Of a DNA stretch of 64,000 bases, positions 49,501-58,549 are shown one piece after another. Made by a program: the position numbers and the translations under genes. Each line of letters begins with the position of its first letter. The first letter of the stretch is position 1. The stretch covers positions 2,804-66,803 of the IMG/VR virus record IMGVR_UViG_3300017743_000005; one strand, given 5' to 3'. The stretch is from a virus. The notes below the pieces were generated by a model. It was not told the origin of the DNA. It saw only the letters and a program-made list of their open reading frames with translations, and made no database searches.

Positions 49501-52500
49501 CCTATATATTCACCAATATCATAGTTTCCAAGGAATCTTATTATTTCTCTGTTTAATATATCCGTGGGACTAATTGTACACATTACAGTATTACTATCTA
49601 CACTAACTCTGTCCAATGTTTTTCTAGTGACACTTCTTCGTGGGTTCAATACTCCAGTTTTTGTTTGTTCCTCGTGTCGTATCTTTGCGTTACTAAATGA
49701 ATGAGACCCAAAACTTGGCATCCTTGCATATTGAGTGGTTCGTGTACCTAGAAAATCATACGGATACTCATTTTCAGTAAAGTTGAATGCTTTTATTTTA
49801 TCAACACCAGATTGCATAATAGATGTGTTTTCAATTTCACCATAATCAAACTCAGAGTTATCCGTACTTATGTTTTCCGGTAAATCAAAGTTTAGTTTTA
49901 CATACAATGAATTAGATATATCCTTTGGATTTTTTAAGTTATATCCTTGATCGTAAAATATGTGATCATTAAATTCATCCGATGATATTTGCGACTTATA
50001 TAGTCTAACTTTATCTAAAATACCACAAAATATAGAAGATGAATAGTTTCCTATATATAAACTATTTGTATCTTCTTCTTGCAAATTACGACAAAAATTT
50101 TCATATTCATAATTTGTTATCTTGGTGGAGGTTGATTCAGACAGTGAAAGTTTACCATCAAGTTGCTTTCTTATATATGTTTCCATAAAATAAGAAGATA
50201 TTTTTGTTGAGTCTTTCTTAAAACTCAAAAGTATATGTAGAAAATTTTCTGTAAAAACTGAGATTGGTGGTTCATTTTTTGCCGGTGTGTATATTTTATC
50301 TGTAAGAACTAAAGATGTCCCAATGTTTTTAAATTTAAAATAAAATCTTCCGTATTCGAATCCAGATGATGTGTCAAATTCTACACAAAACTTCCAGGTA
50401 TCTGTTTCACATAAAGTTATATCAGGTGTTTCATTTACATTTTCAGTTGATTTGTACTCACCGATAGCAGATTCAACTTTTTGCTTATTTAACTTGATAG
50501 ATAATTCTAATGTCTTAATATCATGTGAATTCCAAGGTATTTCTATATATTTTGATGATTGTTCACGTGAAGAATCCGGTGACATAACCAAACCAAAACT
50601 GTATGTGTCAAATTCAAACCAATTATCTATATCCTCATCCATGCTAAATGATAGGCCACCAAATTCTTTTATACTTAGAAAGTGGTCAGGAAGTCCGTAA
50701 CACCTCATAAGTGAAGTTATTGATTTTTCAGTTCCTATATTTTTTATAATATTTGGTAAGTTATTTAGTATCCTTCTCCAAATTACTGCTCTTCTTGATT
50801 TGATAAGTTCTGATTTATTTGTAGTTGCAAGAGAGGCATCGTCACCTGCATCATCTTCTCCTGTGAAGTTTAAACCAAGTGATGATAACATATATTGAAC
50901 AAGACTGTTTGGTATTCCTCTTTCTTCGTGGTTTTCAGAATTTTTAACTTTTCCCATATTATCTATGTAAGATACCAATGTGTCAAATTGTACTCCAACA
51001 GAGTTCAGAAAAATTAAAAAATCTTTATTATCCTCGTTTCTTGATAAAAACTCAGGTATACTATTTAAAAGTGAAGCATCGTTTTGTTCATCGTATTTAC
51101 TTGCCTCATTTGATTGAAACAAATACCACTGATATACTCCGGTTGTTGTAAATTCATCAATATTCTCAGGTAGTATCTCTGGCATTCGTTTTATTGTACC
51201 AGAGTTATCGTTGATGTTGTCGTATGTAACTGAAACCTGCGTGTCTAGAAAATTATCACTGCAATTATTTTTTATGTTTAGTGATTGTTTTATGTAACCA
51301 AGACTGCTAATTTTGAACCAGTTTGCATTGGTGGTTGTTCTTCGTTTACTCGATAGAACCCAACGATGTTCCGTTGTATCGGACGCACCATCATATAAAA
51401 CTTCGTAAAATACATAATAGTCAGATACACGATTCTTGAATTCACGTTGATTATTAAAAAACCCAATTTGTTCATAAACTCCGTTTACCCAACCGTTTGA
51501 TTCGTAATTGTCGGCAGGTTCCTGTATTCCTGTTATTTTTAGGTCGTTTGTTTTTGGCCAAGTTGTTGAAACCTCTGAAATATAAGTTGTATATGCAATA
51601 GATGATTGATCCGGGTTTTCATCATCTGTCCACAATAACTTAGAAACAATGGGTGTACTGCTATCTGTAAAAGCATCCTCATTTATACCTGTTAGTCTTA
51701 CTACGAGTTTATTTGCAACTACAAACGAAAAGTATGGATTTGTTGTATCACTTTTGGTTGAACTTGATTTATCGTGTTTTCGTTTAAACCAACGACCAAC
51801 TTCATTACTCAATTCCGACACAAGTACACTCGGTTGCATTCCTTCGTACAAACTAATTTGTCCATAGTTTGGTGTCTTTTTTGAAGTGAATTTTATTAAA
51901 ATATGATAATCGTTTGGAAGTTGTATTTCAATTCCGTATATTTGTGATACTCCTTCTCTTCGGTTCACGGAGCTAGTTTCGTTCGGATCGGTTGTTATAT
52001 TATCAAGATTATTAATTTCTATTATCGCAGTTGCATCGTTACTTTTGTTTTCATAAAAAAGATATCTCTCGTAACCATCTAGTTTTCCTAGAATTTCGGT
52101 TTGCTTTCTTCTTTCTTTTGCAATTTCTAAATCTCGTAAAAGTTTTACAGACTTGGATGATACACTTTGCTCGATATTACCAGCACTTGTTTCATATAAC
52201 AATTTGTATATTTCTTTTTCAAGTGCTATAATTTTGTGGGTAATGACCGAATAGTTTGTTATTTTAAATAAAAACGAATCAATTCTAGATTTAGCAGACG
52301 AATATTTTACGAAGTTATTGAAATTTGAAAAATCTATATTTAAACCAAGGTCAGTTGTTGATGTTGTATTGAAGTAGGATGCCAAATCCTCTCCTATATT
52401 TTCAACTAAATCTTCTTGATTATATTCTTTTGTACCACGTGATGTACTTATCGTTCTTAAATCTGGTTGTTTTAATTTTTTTGTATTAAGTTTATTTGTT

Positions 52501-53690
52501 TGATTTAAAATTGTGGTGAAAAATAAATCATCAGAATAATATAAACCACTTATATACATCCGTGTGTTTATCTGTATATCTTGGTCAAGTGGAGTTGCTA
52601 ATTTTATTATAATTGGGGTATATAATCCATCACCCACAGGTTCTGTTGATTTTGCATATCTTACAATTGGTATACCGTTTCCATAACCTAGATTTATAAT
52701 ATTATTTAGGTAAGTATCAAATCTAACCGAAAAGACCTCGTTGACATATGATGAGTCGTATGAATATAAAAGAAGTTCACGATAAAAAGATACATTTTGA
52801 TCAGAAGTTGCAAGTAAACTAAGTTTTGAGTGTTTAGAAATAATGTAATCTACAACCAGAGAATATTCTTCTAGAAAATTCGATTGTGTAAATACATTTG
52901 TGTATTTCGAAGCAATAATATTTCTATATAAATCCTTACACTCTTTATACGATTCATTTAAATCAATTAGCAAATCGTTTGAACTTAAATTCACGGAGTT
53001 GGATAGTAAATCAAAGTCTTCCGTGTAGTTTTCAAAAGAAACTTCTAACTCATTAATAATTAGTTGTGATGAGTAGTTTAGTGTTTTTACAAATTTTTCT
53101 GTTTCATAAAATATATTAGATACAACCACACGTCTATTTGAGAAATTCTCAAATTCAAAACCAAGTGCTATATCCTCTGCTTTACCCGAAACTCTTGAAG
53201 ATTCCGGAATTACTTTTATTTCATCACGACCTGGTGATATTTCTTTAATTATTAAAAACGATGAGGAGTCAGATGATCCCACTATATCGTTTCTCATTGA
53301 TATTCCAACCTTATATGCACCAGGTGCAGTTGCACCTACTTTTTTTAACTGATCTGTAAATGACAATATTAGGTTTCCATTTTTTACCAAATATCTTGTT
53401 CCTACGATATCAACACTTCCCTGTACATAATCGTCGTTATAGTCTTTAAAATTAAAATTTATTTTAGAAAATTCATCTTCACCTTGAATTGTAGACCAAA
53501 ACAACAGATCATCAGATAAAGAAAATACAGAAAACTCAACAACGTCTTTCATTGACTTTCCGAAATCTAGTTTCGTTGTTTCTTCTTCCAAAACTATCGA
53601 GGATAATGTTTCATCAACAATAAACCCACGACTAAAAAATTCTTCTTTTTTAATATCAGGAGTTTTAATATATTGTATAAGTGAATTCAT
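43512..53690 (-). CDS. Giant (3392 aa) baseplate/tail protein with LamG-like domain, repeated aromatic modules, PT linker and Cys-rich tip
   Basis: FNNFVKYSSA, NNLPNIIKNIGTEKSITSLMRCYG, LamG-like FCGILDKVRLY, VPART..GLLIEP..LER; (PT/ET)n near the C-terminus. Confidence 0.75.
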   Translation of the reverse strand: MNSLIQYIKTPDIKKEEFFSRGFIVDETLSSIVLEEETTKLDFGKSMKDVVEFSVFSLSDDLLFWSTIQGEDEFSKINFNFKDYNDDYVQGSVDIVGTRYLVKNGNLILSFTDQLKKVGATAPGAYKVGISMRNDIVGSSDSSSFLIIKEISPGRDEIKVIPESSRVSGKAEDIALGFEFENFSNRRVVVSNIFYETEKFVKTLNYSSQLIINELEVSFENYTEDFDLLSNSVNLSSNDLLIDLNESYKECKDLYRNIIASKYTNVFTQSNFLEEYSLVVDYIISKHSKLSLLATSDQNVSFYRELLLYSYDSSYVNEVFSVRFDTYLNNIINLGYGNGIPIVRYAKSTEPVGDGLYTPIIIKLATPLDQDIQINTRMYISGLYYSDDLFFTTILNQTNKLNTKKLKQPDLRTISTSRGTKEYNQEDLVENIGEDLASYFNTTSTTDLGLNIDFSNFNNFVKYSSAKSRIDSFLFKITNYSVITHKIIALEKEIYKLLYETSAGNIEQSVSSKSVKLLRDLEIAKERRKQTEILGKLDGYERYLFYENKSNDATAIIEINNLDNITTDPNETSSVNRREGVSQIYGIEIQLPNDYHILIKFTSKKTPNYGQISLYEGMQPSVLVSELSNEVGRWFKRKHDKSSSTKSDTTNPYFSFVVANKLVVRLTGINEDAFTDSSTPIVSKLLWTDDENPDQSSIAYTTYISEVSTTWPKTNDLKITGIQEPADNYESNGWVNGVYEQIGFFNNQREFKNRVSDYYVFYEVLYDGASDTTEHRWVLSSKRRTTTNANWFKISSLGYIKQSLNIKNNCSDNFLDTQVSVTYDNINDNSGTIKRMPEILPENIDEFTTTGVYQWYLFQSNEASKYDEQNDASLLNSIPEFLSRNEDNKDFLIFLNSVGVQFDTLVSYIDNMGKVKNSENHEERGIPNSLVQYMLSSLGLNFTGEDDAGDDASLATTNKSELIKSRRAVIWRRILNNLPNIIKNIGTEKSITSLMRCYGLPDHFLSIKEFGGLSFSMDEDIDNWFEFDTYSFGLVMSPDSSREQSSKYIEIPWNSHDIKTLELSIKLNKQKVESAIGEYKSTENVNETPDITLCETDTWKFCVEFDTSSGFEYGRFYFKFKNIGTSLVLTDKIYTPAKNEPPISVFTENFLHILLSFKKDSTKISSYFMETYIRKQLDGKLSLSESTSTKITNYEYENFCRNLQEEDTNSLYIGNYSSSIFCGILDKVRLYKSQISSDEFNDHIFYDQGYNLKNPKDISNSLYVKLNFDLPENISTDNSEFDYGEIENTSIMQSGVDKIKAFNFTENEYPYDFLGTRTTQYARMPSFGSHSFSNAKIRHEEQTKTGVLNPRRSVTRKTLDRVSVDSNTVMCTISPTDILNREIIRFLGNYDIGEYIGDPQDMYRSEYKKFNEFKKIFYKEGFGKVDWQSYLNILKTYVDASFFENIEKLVPARTRLIAGLLIEPSMLERHKIKSPRVKNVIETTIIDGTKTDNTIERLKHISLRSRSSLRKNIANFANADSRVKFNMGDKNILSFHSQLSLHRITGTSQNDNYTGNIIPDPNLDNRAFGTMVDNGTYTIDGREYKVEKISKKLHLYNSNKNIGGNNLEFNSIVLSVSGFLENTKVGNLYIGFYSANGEYYSSKNINKNPLFKNKSKTWFIFFSKLYNCWVLITEDPEYNSEPDIFEQAEYWIKESRDTTNTDKTIDLPVMFSNMCSEFDGGCLKTPLQSLEVSSSISSYYRNSDGGALVTTNIKNDRIFQINTLVGDINRQGGGYIRGTLNCRVYGSFYGRYIDLNDNGSFHEYTQDNQKVFDGSFVNINIQDGNFLGRIFTGYISNLVVLGKIFGEKQYYDCNYPYVASDGVNTTGELSINDVVDHNLGYRTTNLVPSSTFQQTDNTGRFSDFYYYDFIPIPNNNSENVQITETDQLETYIDKNNYIIYYENGIRRSSGMYQSSYDIKINDKIKNPFLLDYKITSTVKLKTNTIRDIRLLACSEQLLLDSKAINIKNEIHMIYKVGQLEEVDTTIPSVDVVDIKINLTKLGTLTDHSVVVDNAFVNTLSSNRLYKFNIQNTQNKLTSEKVEYGSGFVPLSKNSMNDYILPTNLPISVGIEGGELLDLLNTSPPTENLILNELAISDAMNNLTSLDNLNVCYFEFTTNSYVDAGTVHENKFYFICYLDEIRSSIESGKSEDFLSNCNSHWKKTKMDVESDKLLFKQNNESDFLEIIKATSSKSNQFVYFAIRGKHSLFYDMGIIKEYLGSESQMSEKLAIYSEDVLDSNLMINMNDEYTNYKIELKELNNDSYTYTQRSVENFFVILNEREYSGFNINSFHGIMFSANGTYLRGYEEVNNHQVYTNSKNTHWYIFYSTLFNKWVLINKDPLTFTGTESEFFKSEDVVFIYDEVSESEFPTKFSTTNGGGGGFFFPKNTNVFNADGDIEVSGFSGEVVSANGQYEKKTINNELYYTQKPVGDWIIYKDGWQWVISNAGRTRNKMWIRNNSSNITDIFDSSINESNNEFDFQKGIVNYSPKNESVYESDVIHIRDLYQEGQDINIASKTNYIATGDSFVLIPNKRLFKSFQKISNKNLAWVVSVRSLNLVLPAYGEYYDNKTSVFCILTNRKLNEEKILPYITISNKNIRGRYDGIGGFYAKTSNLLNEYPVYKNVNDWYIYYDNITISWKVVNGDPQIEDSYFVLMENSSSNCENRLLNMRIGYSNTNSNTDNFDESKPNSFAWENSSIRNSESETIQFGYIVDNVCDGCVGERQPIYSVHTTNTQVLPYTSYKRPYLPVAIYRYNIKRDLYGEPTGYIQNHIKPHPLVDQRSEYFTETILTNLDTNEENEEQIKNLIKNIDMSSLDVFWSYDENYFLGEDFLLETFTDTGSNTIHRTKLADLVYIKNTYENKKTIICPLSSSHTTELFSSDIRNLLNYEFNFNDNFNRGDNFVPPLTISVSNRINNINKSVNWRNINYDKKTWEISDTITTHNSKIHIPRYINEVEYSIKFEFGVRRDDDYDNESTYTLPINEKFVIEDFNENYDLSSHATTNNVIHSIITDFKKYNLVDIGNRGEFIVSGKPKIRDNNRKSKFSKISTNSPRTTVDSNGNVNYKPCVVRTRPNTTNKGESMDSFWFIDDTPTENVVYTNENEMNVYPSMSSLDKKPEFYFKFEETDVIELTPTPTPTSTPTDTSTPFTFETPTPTETPTSTPTDTETPTPTETPTSTETPTPTETPTPTETPTPTQTPTQTPTQTPTPTSTPTQTPTPTLTPTPTLTPVTEFTPTPVTECCENYSQTQLVTKEESVQSDKLRIISSENGEVCHNLPGGTGGVHVSYSCPFELEDFSKGGLSITYYGNTNEWSSDFEVIRFLHENGTCYETRLPPYSKSGCVLDIINNPDNT
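43855..44180. repeat. Pro/Thr (PTETPT) coding repeat
   Basis: Degenerate 6/12/18-bp units such as gtgggtgtgggtgtttct. Confidence 0.9.
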
Positions 53691-53708
53691 TGCTGATTTA
53701 TATTTAGA

Positions 53709-54296
53709 TTACTGCTCAAGAAAAGGAAACTGATCAACATCTCCATCACGACCATTTTCAAGTTGCTCTGCCGTTAGTGGTAAAAATGGAAACTTTGCAC
53801 TGAAGTCTGCCTTTGCCGTTCCTTCTCCGTTTTTTATCCGTTGACTTATTATTAAATCTTTTGAAGCAGTATACATCTCAGATGCATCTTCTTTGAATTT
53901 TACGTTTCGTTCCATTTCTTTATCAAGAATGCTACTAAGTTCATCTATCTGTGCTTGAAGTAGTTGTTCTTCTTCAATACGGTCTTGCTCTCTATCAACA
54001 ACATCTGAATACAGATTATCTACATCATCGTCTCTATCCACACCCTCTATTGTTGTAAACTCTTCAAACTCTGTATTATAAAAAGTAGATATTTGCTCTT
54101 GTTTCTGTTGTGTCTTCTCGATTGGTATACTAATAAGGTAGTTTCCAAGTTTACTTTCGTCGGTAATTTTATCAAATGATAAGTTATAATTTCCAGACGT
54201 ATCTACGATACTTCCAACCTCACCTGAATTAAGCATTTTCTGTATGCCATCTTTGCTGAATTCTTCTTCAGAAATATATTTAGGAAGTTTGTACAT
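53709..54296 (-). CDS. Hypothetical baseplate-region protein
   Basis: ORF track; coiled-coil segment; in operon. Confidence 0.65.
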   Translation of the reverse strand: MYKLPKYISEEEFSKDGIQKMLNSGEVGSIVDTSGNYNLSFDKITDESKLGNYLISIPIEKTQQKQEQISTFYNTEFEEFTTIEGVDRDDDVDNLYSDVVDREQDRIEEEQLLQAQIDELSSILDKEMERNVKFKEDASEMYTASKDLIISQRIKNGEGTAKADFSAKFPFLPLTAEQLENGRDGDVDQFPFLEQ

Positions 54297-54297
54297 A

Positions 54298-55740
54298 TTA
54301 TGACCTTATTCTAAAGTTTCTAGTATCTTCATAAACCTCAATCTCAGAGTCTACTTCGGTTTGTATTGCAAACCTATAAAACCTTCCAACAGCAAGGCAA
54401 CCAAAGTCAAAGTTAAAGTAGTGGCCACGTGAGTCACAGGATATTTTCGTATACTCACAGAAGTCAATTATTGTTTCCTGTGTTTCCGCATCACTAATTG
54501 AGTAATACATATCATGTGTAACAAAGTTATCAAGTGAATAGTCTGATTTGGATGAAAATGTTTTAATTGGTCTTTGGTTTCTAACACCAACTCTAATTTT
54601 CTTTCTCTCCGTTTGTTTATACTCACTTTTTATTGTTTTTATAGTAGGTATAAAATTATCGGCAAAAAGTTGATTTATGTTTGATTTTTTAACGAGAATA
54701 TTTTCTTTTTTTACTCTATATGTTCCACTTGTATTATTTTCGTTGGAACATTGTAAATTTTCATTGGTTATTTCACCTAAACTAGCAGACTCAAGTGTAT
54801 CCAATAAATCAAGACTTGTAGACTCAAGTGTTCCAGATTGTAAGTTACCCGATTCAAGTGATCCCGATTCAAGTGATCCATACTCCGTGGAACCTGATGT
54901 TATACTTCCAGACTCTATGCTCCATGACTCAATTGATCCTGAAGTTAGACTTCCTGATTCAAATGTATTCAGTTCTTCGGTTACTACATCACCACAAATG
55001 TGGGTTTCGCACTCAATTGTTTTGTAGTATACATTTTCACATGGTTCAAACTTGTAGTCGTTGTATAAAACCTCAAGATACGGATAATATATTGTATTGG
55101 TATCTTTTGAAAAAAATTGAATCGATGAGTGGGTATCACTTGTCTCCCGTATGAACTTTATCAATATACCATTATTTTGTATATCTCCTGACAACCACGA
55201 CTTTACTATACTTGTTATATTTATTTTTACATCAGAGAACGACCGTTGAAACTTAAAAATCAATTCATCCGTGTTTGGTGAGTTAGTTTTGTGTGGTATC
55301 TCTTCGTGTTCATAATAATCACCACCACCCACATAGTTATCATCAGTTGCATCCTGTTTCCAATAATTTTTTTTTGAATCTGCAAACCTCCAACTTGCTC
55401 CTTCATAGTAAAATGCAGAATCTTCTGAATCGTGGAATCTACCAACACCCTCATCCCAATATTTCTTAATTGGATAAACTGCAAGTTCATCATTCATAGA
55501 TAACTCAGATGAATTTGCTACTTTTAAATTTAAATGGAATTCCGAACTAAGTAATTTTTCTTGGTTCTTTTCAAAAAATTTATTATCAAACTCTAGTAAG
55601 ATTCTACTTAACACGACACCATCGGAATCTGTGTTTATTTTTTTTATTTCAAGAATTTCGTCATAACCTGTGTTTAATTCAAGTAAATTTCTTTGCTTGT
55701 ATAATGTAGTGTCTTTAGATGGATATATAAAATAGATCAT
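54298..55740 (-). CDS. DNRLRE-like beta-sandwich virion protein with (ESGSL)n insert
   Basis: KDTTLY...NTG.DEILEI, SRILLEFD, WDEG.G, NNGILIK, FFSKDT..IYYPYLEV. Confidence 0.6.
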   Translation of the reverse strand: MIYFIYPSKDTTLYKQRNLLELNTGYDEILEIKKINTDSDGVVLSRILLEFDNKFFEKNQEKLLSSEFHLNLKVANSSELSMNDELAVYPIKKYWDEGVGRFHDSEDSAFYYEGASWRFADSKKNYWKQDATDDNYVGGGDYYEHEEIPHKTNSPNTDELIFKFQRSFSDVKINITSIVKSWLSGDIQNNGILIKFIRETSDTHSSIQFFSKDTNTIYYPYLEVLYNDYKFEPCENVYYKTIECETHICGDVVTEELNTFESGSLTSGSIESWSIESGSITSGSTEYGSLESGSLESGNLQSGTLESTSLDLLDTLESASLGEITNENLQCSNENNTSGTYRVKKENILVKKSNINQLFADNFIPTIKTIKSEYKQTERKKIRVGVRNQRPIKTFSSKSDYSLDNFVTHDMYYSISDAETQETIIDFCEYTKISCDSRGHYFNFDFGCLAVGRFYRFAIQTEVDSEIEVYEDTRNFRIRS

Positions 55741-57701
55741 AATACTCGTCCGGTTATATCTCTGTTTGGGTATTTAAGTTCAAATATAGATGGGTCTTTT
55801 GATGGATATATAGTTTTATTAATTGTTGCAGCCTGTATATCATATTCGTTTTCTGAATAGTTTCCATCGTTTATGTTTAGGTTTTTTACTTCTAGTTTAG
55901 TTACATTTTTTACTCCTGTAATCTGTGACATCTCTACTTCAAGTGTTCCTATATCAATTGGTTGAGATATCTGCCACTTGTCTATATTAAAGAAATCAGA
56001 TATTTTTTCATTTAGTTCAAACAATATTTCTTTTTTGTTGAAATTCATATAAGAAGTGACTTCGTATGTAATTCCTATGTTAATAATAAACGCATTTGTT
56101 AGATTTACTCCGTCAGTTAACATACGATAATTGGTTAGGTATTTTGTCAGATTTCGATAAACCAATTCATTTGGTGAGGTTAACTTCTTTTCTTCATCGT
56201 AACTAAGAATATATAGGTTTATTGCAAATGGATTGTTTATTTCTCCATATACACGATTTAATTCTTCAGGTTGAACTTCGTCTTTAATCATGTACGAGTT
56301 CTTTACTATGTCAGTCTGTGTGAAAGAATCTAATGTACCATCTTTACTAACATATGCCTTTGCAATGCTTCCCAGTCTAGGTGGCATACTATATGCACGA
56401 ATTACATAGTCTTCACGTGTAACTGCCCTATTTTGTGATGAAAAACTAGCAAGACCCTTGATTCTAATTTCATCAATAGATTCTTCACCACGTCCACCCA
56501 GTGCAGGATCAGGATTATCTACTCCAACCGTATTCTTTATAGTTTCAATTACACTTTCATCACCATCGGTTAAAAATGAATTGGTTTCATTGTACTTTAT
56601 TTGAGTTATAGTAGTAAGTGAATTTGATTTTAAATTAGAACTAACTCCTCCACCTGAATAATACTCTATGGTTAGTGTTGTGTTTGCCGGTGCTTCTCCG
56701 TAGGTATCCGATTTTAAAAAATTTGCTGGATCATACGAGGACTCAAAGTTCTTTGTTGCTTTTAACGAAGAACCAACAGTATTTAATGATGGAATTACTA
56801 TTTCTTCATCTATTTTATCTTTACCAGCACCAAACTCTAATGTTGTTGTGTTATCACTATTAACCTTAGTAGTAAATCTCTTTGATGTTTTTATGTATCT
56901 AAGTAAGTAAGGAACACTTGCAGAAAGACTACTTGTTTTTGGACTAATTCTATCTGTATTTTGCTCTTCGATTAATATAGTGTCCTGTGATAGATAATCT
57001 ACTTCATAGTATTTATGTCCTGACGAATCCACAACTGAGACTACTTCGAGTACATCTGTATCAGGAATTTCTACTTGAAAAAACTCACTTGATTCTCCTA
57101 CAGTAACAGTTAAGGTTTTTCTTGAACCAGCAGATGCCATAACTTGTTTTTTGAATAAGTAAAATTGAGGTTGTCCTAGTTTATCACGTTGAAATACACT
57201 TATCTCAGTTGGTGAACTAGCTTCATCTACACTGAAATTCACAGGTTCTGTTGTTCTGAATATAGTTGCCGAACCAGTTGATGATACCACCTCAAGTCCT
57301 TCGTCTATATTTAGTGTAAATTTTAAATCGGGTGCAACCGTTCCATCTTCTGATATTTTGGAGGGTACAAGTTGAAAAACATCGAGAAGTGTTGTTGCGG
57401 CCACACTTGCTTTCGGTTTGTATCCAAGATAGTTGGCAAGAGTAATTACATTTTTACGTTCACTTGCATATTGCAAAAAACCCTCCTTAAATTGATAGTC
57501 TATATAGTATGATAGAACATCACCCACATAACTAACAAGGTCTACAAACATCATACCAGTTGAATTTTCACTAAAGTCTTTGTATGTTTTAGAATAATAA
57601 GTTTTAATATAATCAACTAAACTTGACTTGAAACTATCAAAATCTTTGCTAATATAGTTTATCTCTTTTTTTCCACCCTTTATTGTATTTAAATTATCCA
57701 T
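55737..57701 (-). CDS. gp6: Baseplate wedge protein (gp6 / baseplate J-like)
   Basis: KDFDSFKSSL, YVGDVLSYY, LGYKPK, LEFGAG, GGRGEESIDEIR and QNRAVTREDY. Confidence 0.9.
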   Translation of the reverse strand: MDNLNTIKGGKKEINYISKDFDSFKSSLVDYIKTYYSKTYKDFSENSTGMMFVDLVSYVGDVLSYYIDYQFKEGFLQYASERKNVITLANYLGYKPKASVAATTLLDVFQLVPSKISEDGTVAPDLKFTLNIDEGLEVVSSTGSATIFRTTEPVNFSVDEASSPTEISVFQRDKLGQPQFYLFKKQVMASAGSRKTLTVTVGESSEFFQVEIPDTDVLEVVSVVDSSGHKYYEVDYLSQDTILIEEQNTDRISPKTSSLSASVPYLLRYIKTSKRFTTKVNSDNTTTLEFGAGKDKIDEEIVIPSLNTVGSSLKATKNFESSYDPANFLKSDTYGEAPANTTLTIEYYSGGGVSSNLKSNSLTTITQIKYNETNSFLTDGDESVIETIKNTVGVDNPDPALGGRGEESIDEIRIKGLASFSSQNRAVTREDYVIRAYSMPPRLGSIAKAYVSKDGTLDSFTQTDIVKNSYMIKDEVQPEELNRVYGEINNPFAINLYILSYDEEKKLTSPNELVYRNLTKYLTNYRMLTDGVNLTNAFIINIGITYEVTSYMNFNKKEILFELNEKISDFFNIDKWQISQPIDIGTLEVEMSQITGVKNVTKLEVKNLNINDGNYSENEYDIQAATINKTIYPSKDPSIFELKYPNRDITGRVL

Positions 57702-57705
57702 TTAT

Positions 57706-58110
57706 TTATCCTGCATCTATTGTTAGACTTAGTTCATTTTCTGTGTTTGGTATGCTTGCCAACGAATATGTAATTTTTAAATCTACACGATGGGGTTGGT
57801 TGTCATAATCAGTTTCAACATCAACCGACTCTATTGTAACTTCCGGCATCCACACTTCGGTTGTTTCTTTTATCTCGTCATAAAAAACTTTATCTATATA
57901 TTCGTTGATATTTGGATCAAATAATATTTCTCTCAGATTACTTCCATATTCAGGCATCATTGGTCGTTCACCCCTTGCCGTCATTAATAGCATCATTAAG
58001 TTGTATCGTGACCTCTCTATAACAGAACTTGTTTGTGCAAAAAAACCATCATGCTCACCACGTGAATATGGTATTTTAATGCCAACTGGTATATTGAGAT
58101 CCTCGTACAC
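57706..58110 (-). CDS. gp25: Baseplate wedge / sheath initiator (gp25)
   Basis: NLMMLLMTARGERPMMPEYGSNLREILFDP...WMPEVTI. Confidence 0.9.
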   Translation of the reverse strand: MYEDLNIPVGIKIPYSRGEHDGFFAQTSSVIERSRYNLMMLLMTARGERPMMPEYGSNLREILFDPNINEYIDKVFYDEIKETTEVWMPEVTIESVDVETDYDNQPHRVDLKITYSLASIPNTENELSLTIDAG

Positions 58111-58508
58111 TACTTACTTCCCTTTTTTTTGTCAATTGCGTTTAATAAAGAAGAATAGTCACGTGTAAGTGCAGATGCTAGATTTTCAGGAAGATCATCA
58201 ACATTAAGTTCATTTCCATTAAAATCTACTTGTTTATTCGGTGAAAAGTTACTATTAGAAGAAACTAAACTACCCTCCTGTGGTACTCCCCCTACGGTTT
58301 GACGCAAAGCTTCATTTATCTTGTCATTGCGTGAATAAATTTTATCAGAAAGTTTTGGTGTTTTTTTAACACTTACTTCTGTTTTTTCCACATTTACTTT
58401 ATTTTCTGTTACACCCCCAAGTACTTCTGACAATACCTTTGGAAGTGTTGTTTTTAGTTCTTCACGAACTGCTGATTTTATTATTGATATTAATTCACTT
58501 TTCTTCAT
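58110..58508 (-). CDS. Hypothetical protein
   Basis: MKKSELISIIKSAVREEL N-terminus; ALTRDYSSLL C-terminus. Confidence 0.65.
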   Translation of the reverse strand: MKKSELISIIKSAVREELKTTLPKVLSEVLGGVTENKVNVEKTEVSVKKTPKLSDKIYSRNDKINEALRQTVGGVPQEGSLVSSNSNFSPNKQVDFNGNELNVDDLPENLASALTRDYSSLLNAIDKKKGSK

Positions 58509-58549
58509 AACATTGTTTTCATATAATATATATTTATTTATTTATTTAT

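Noticed and set aside
43512-53690. Diversity-generating retroelement targeting the adhesin
   Set aside because: No reverse transcriptase and no adenine-specific TR/VR repeat pair were seen in this window.
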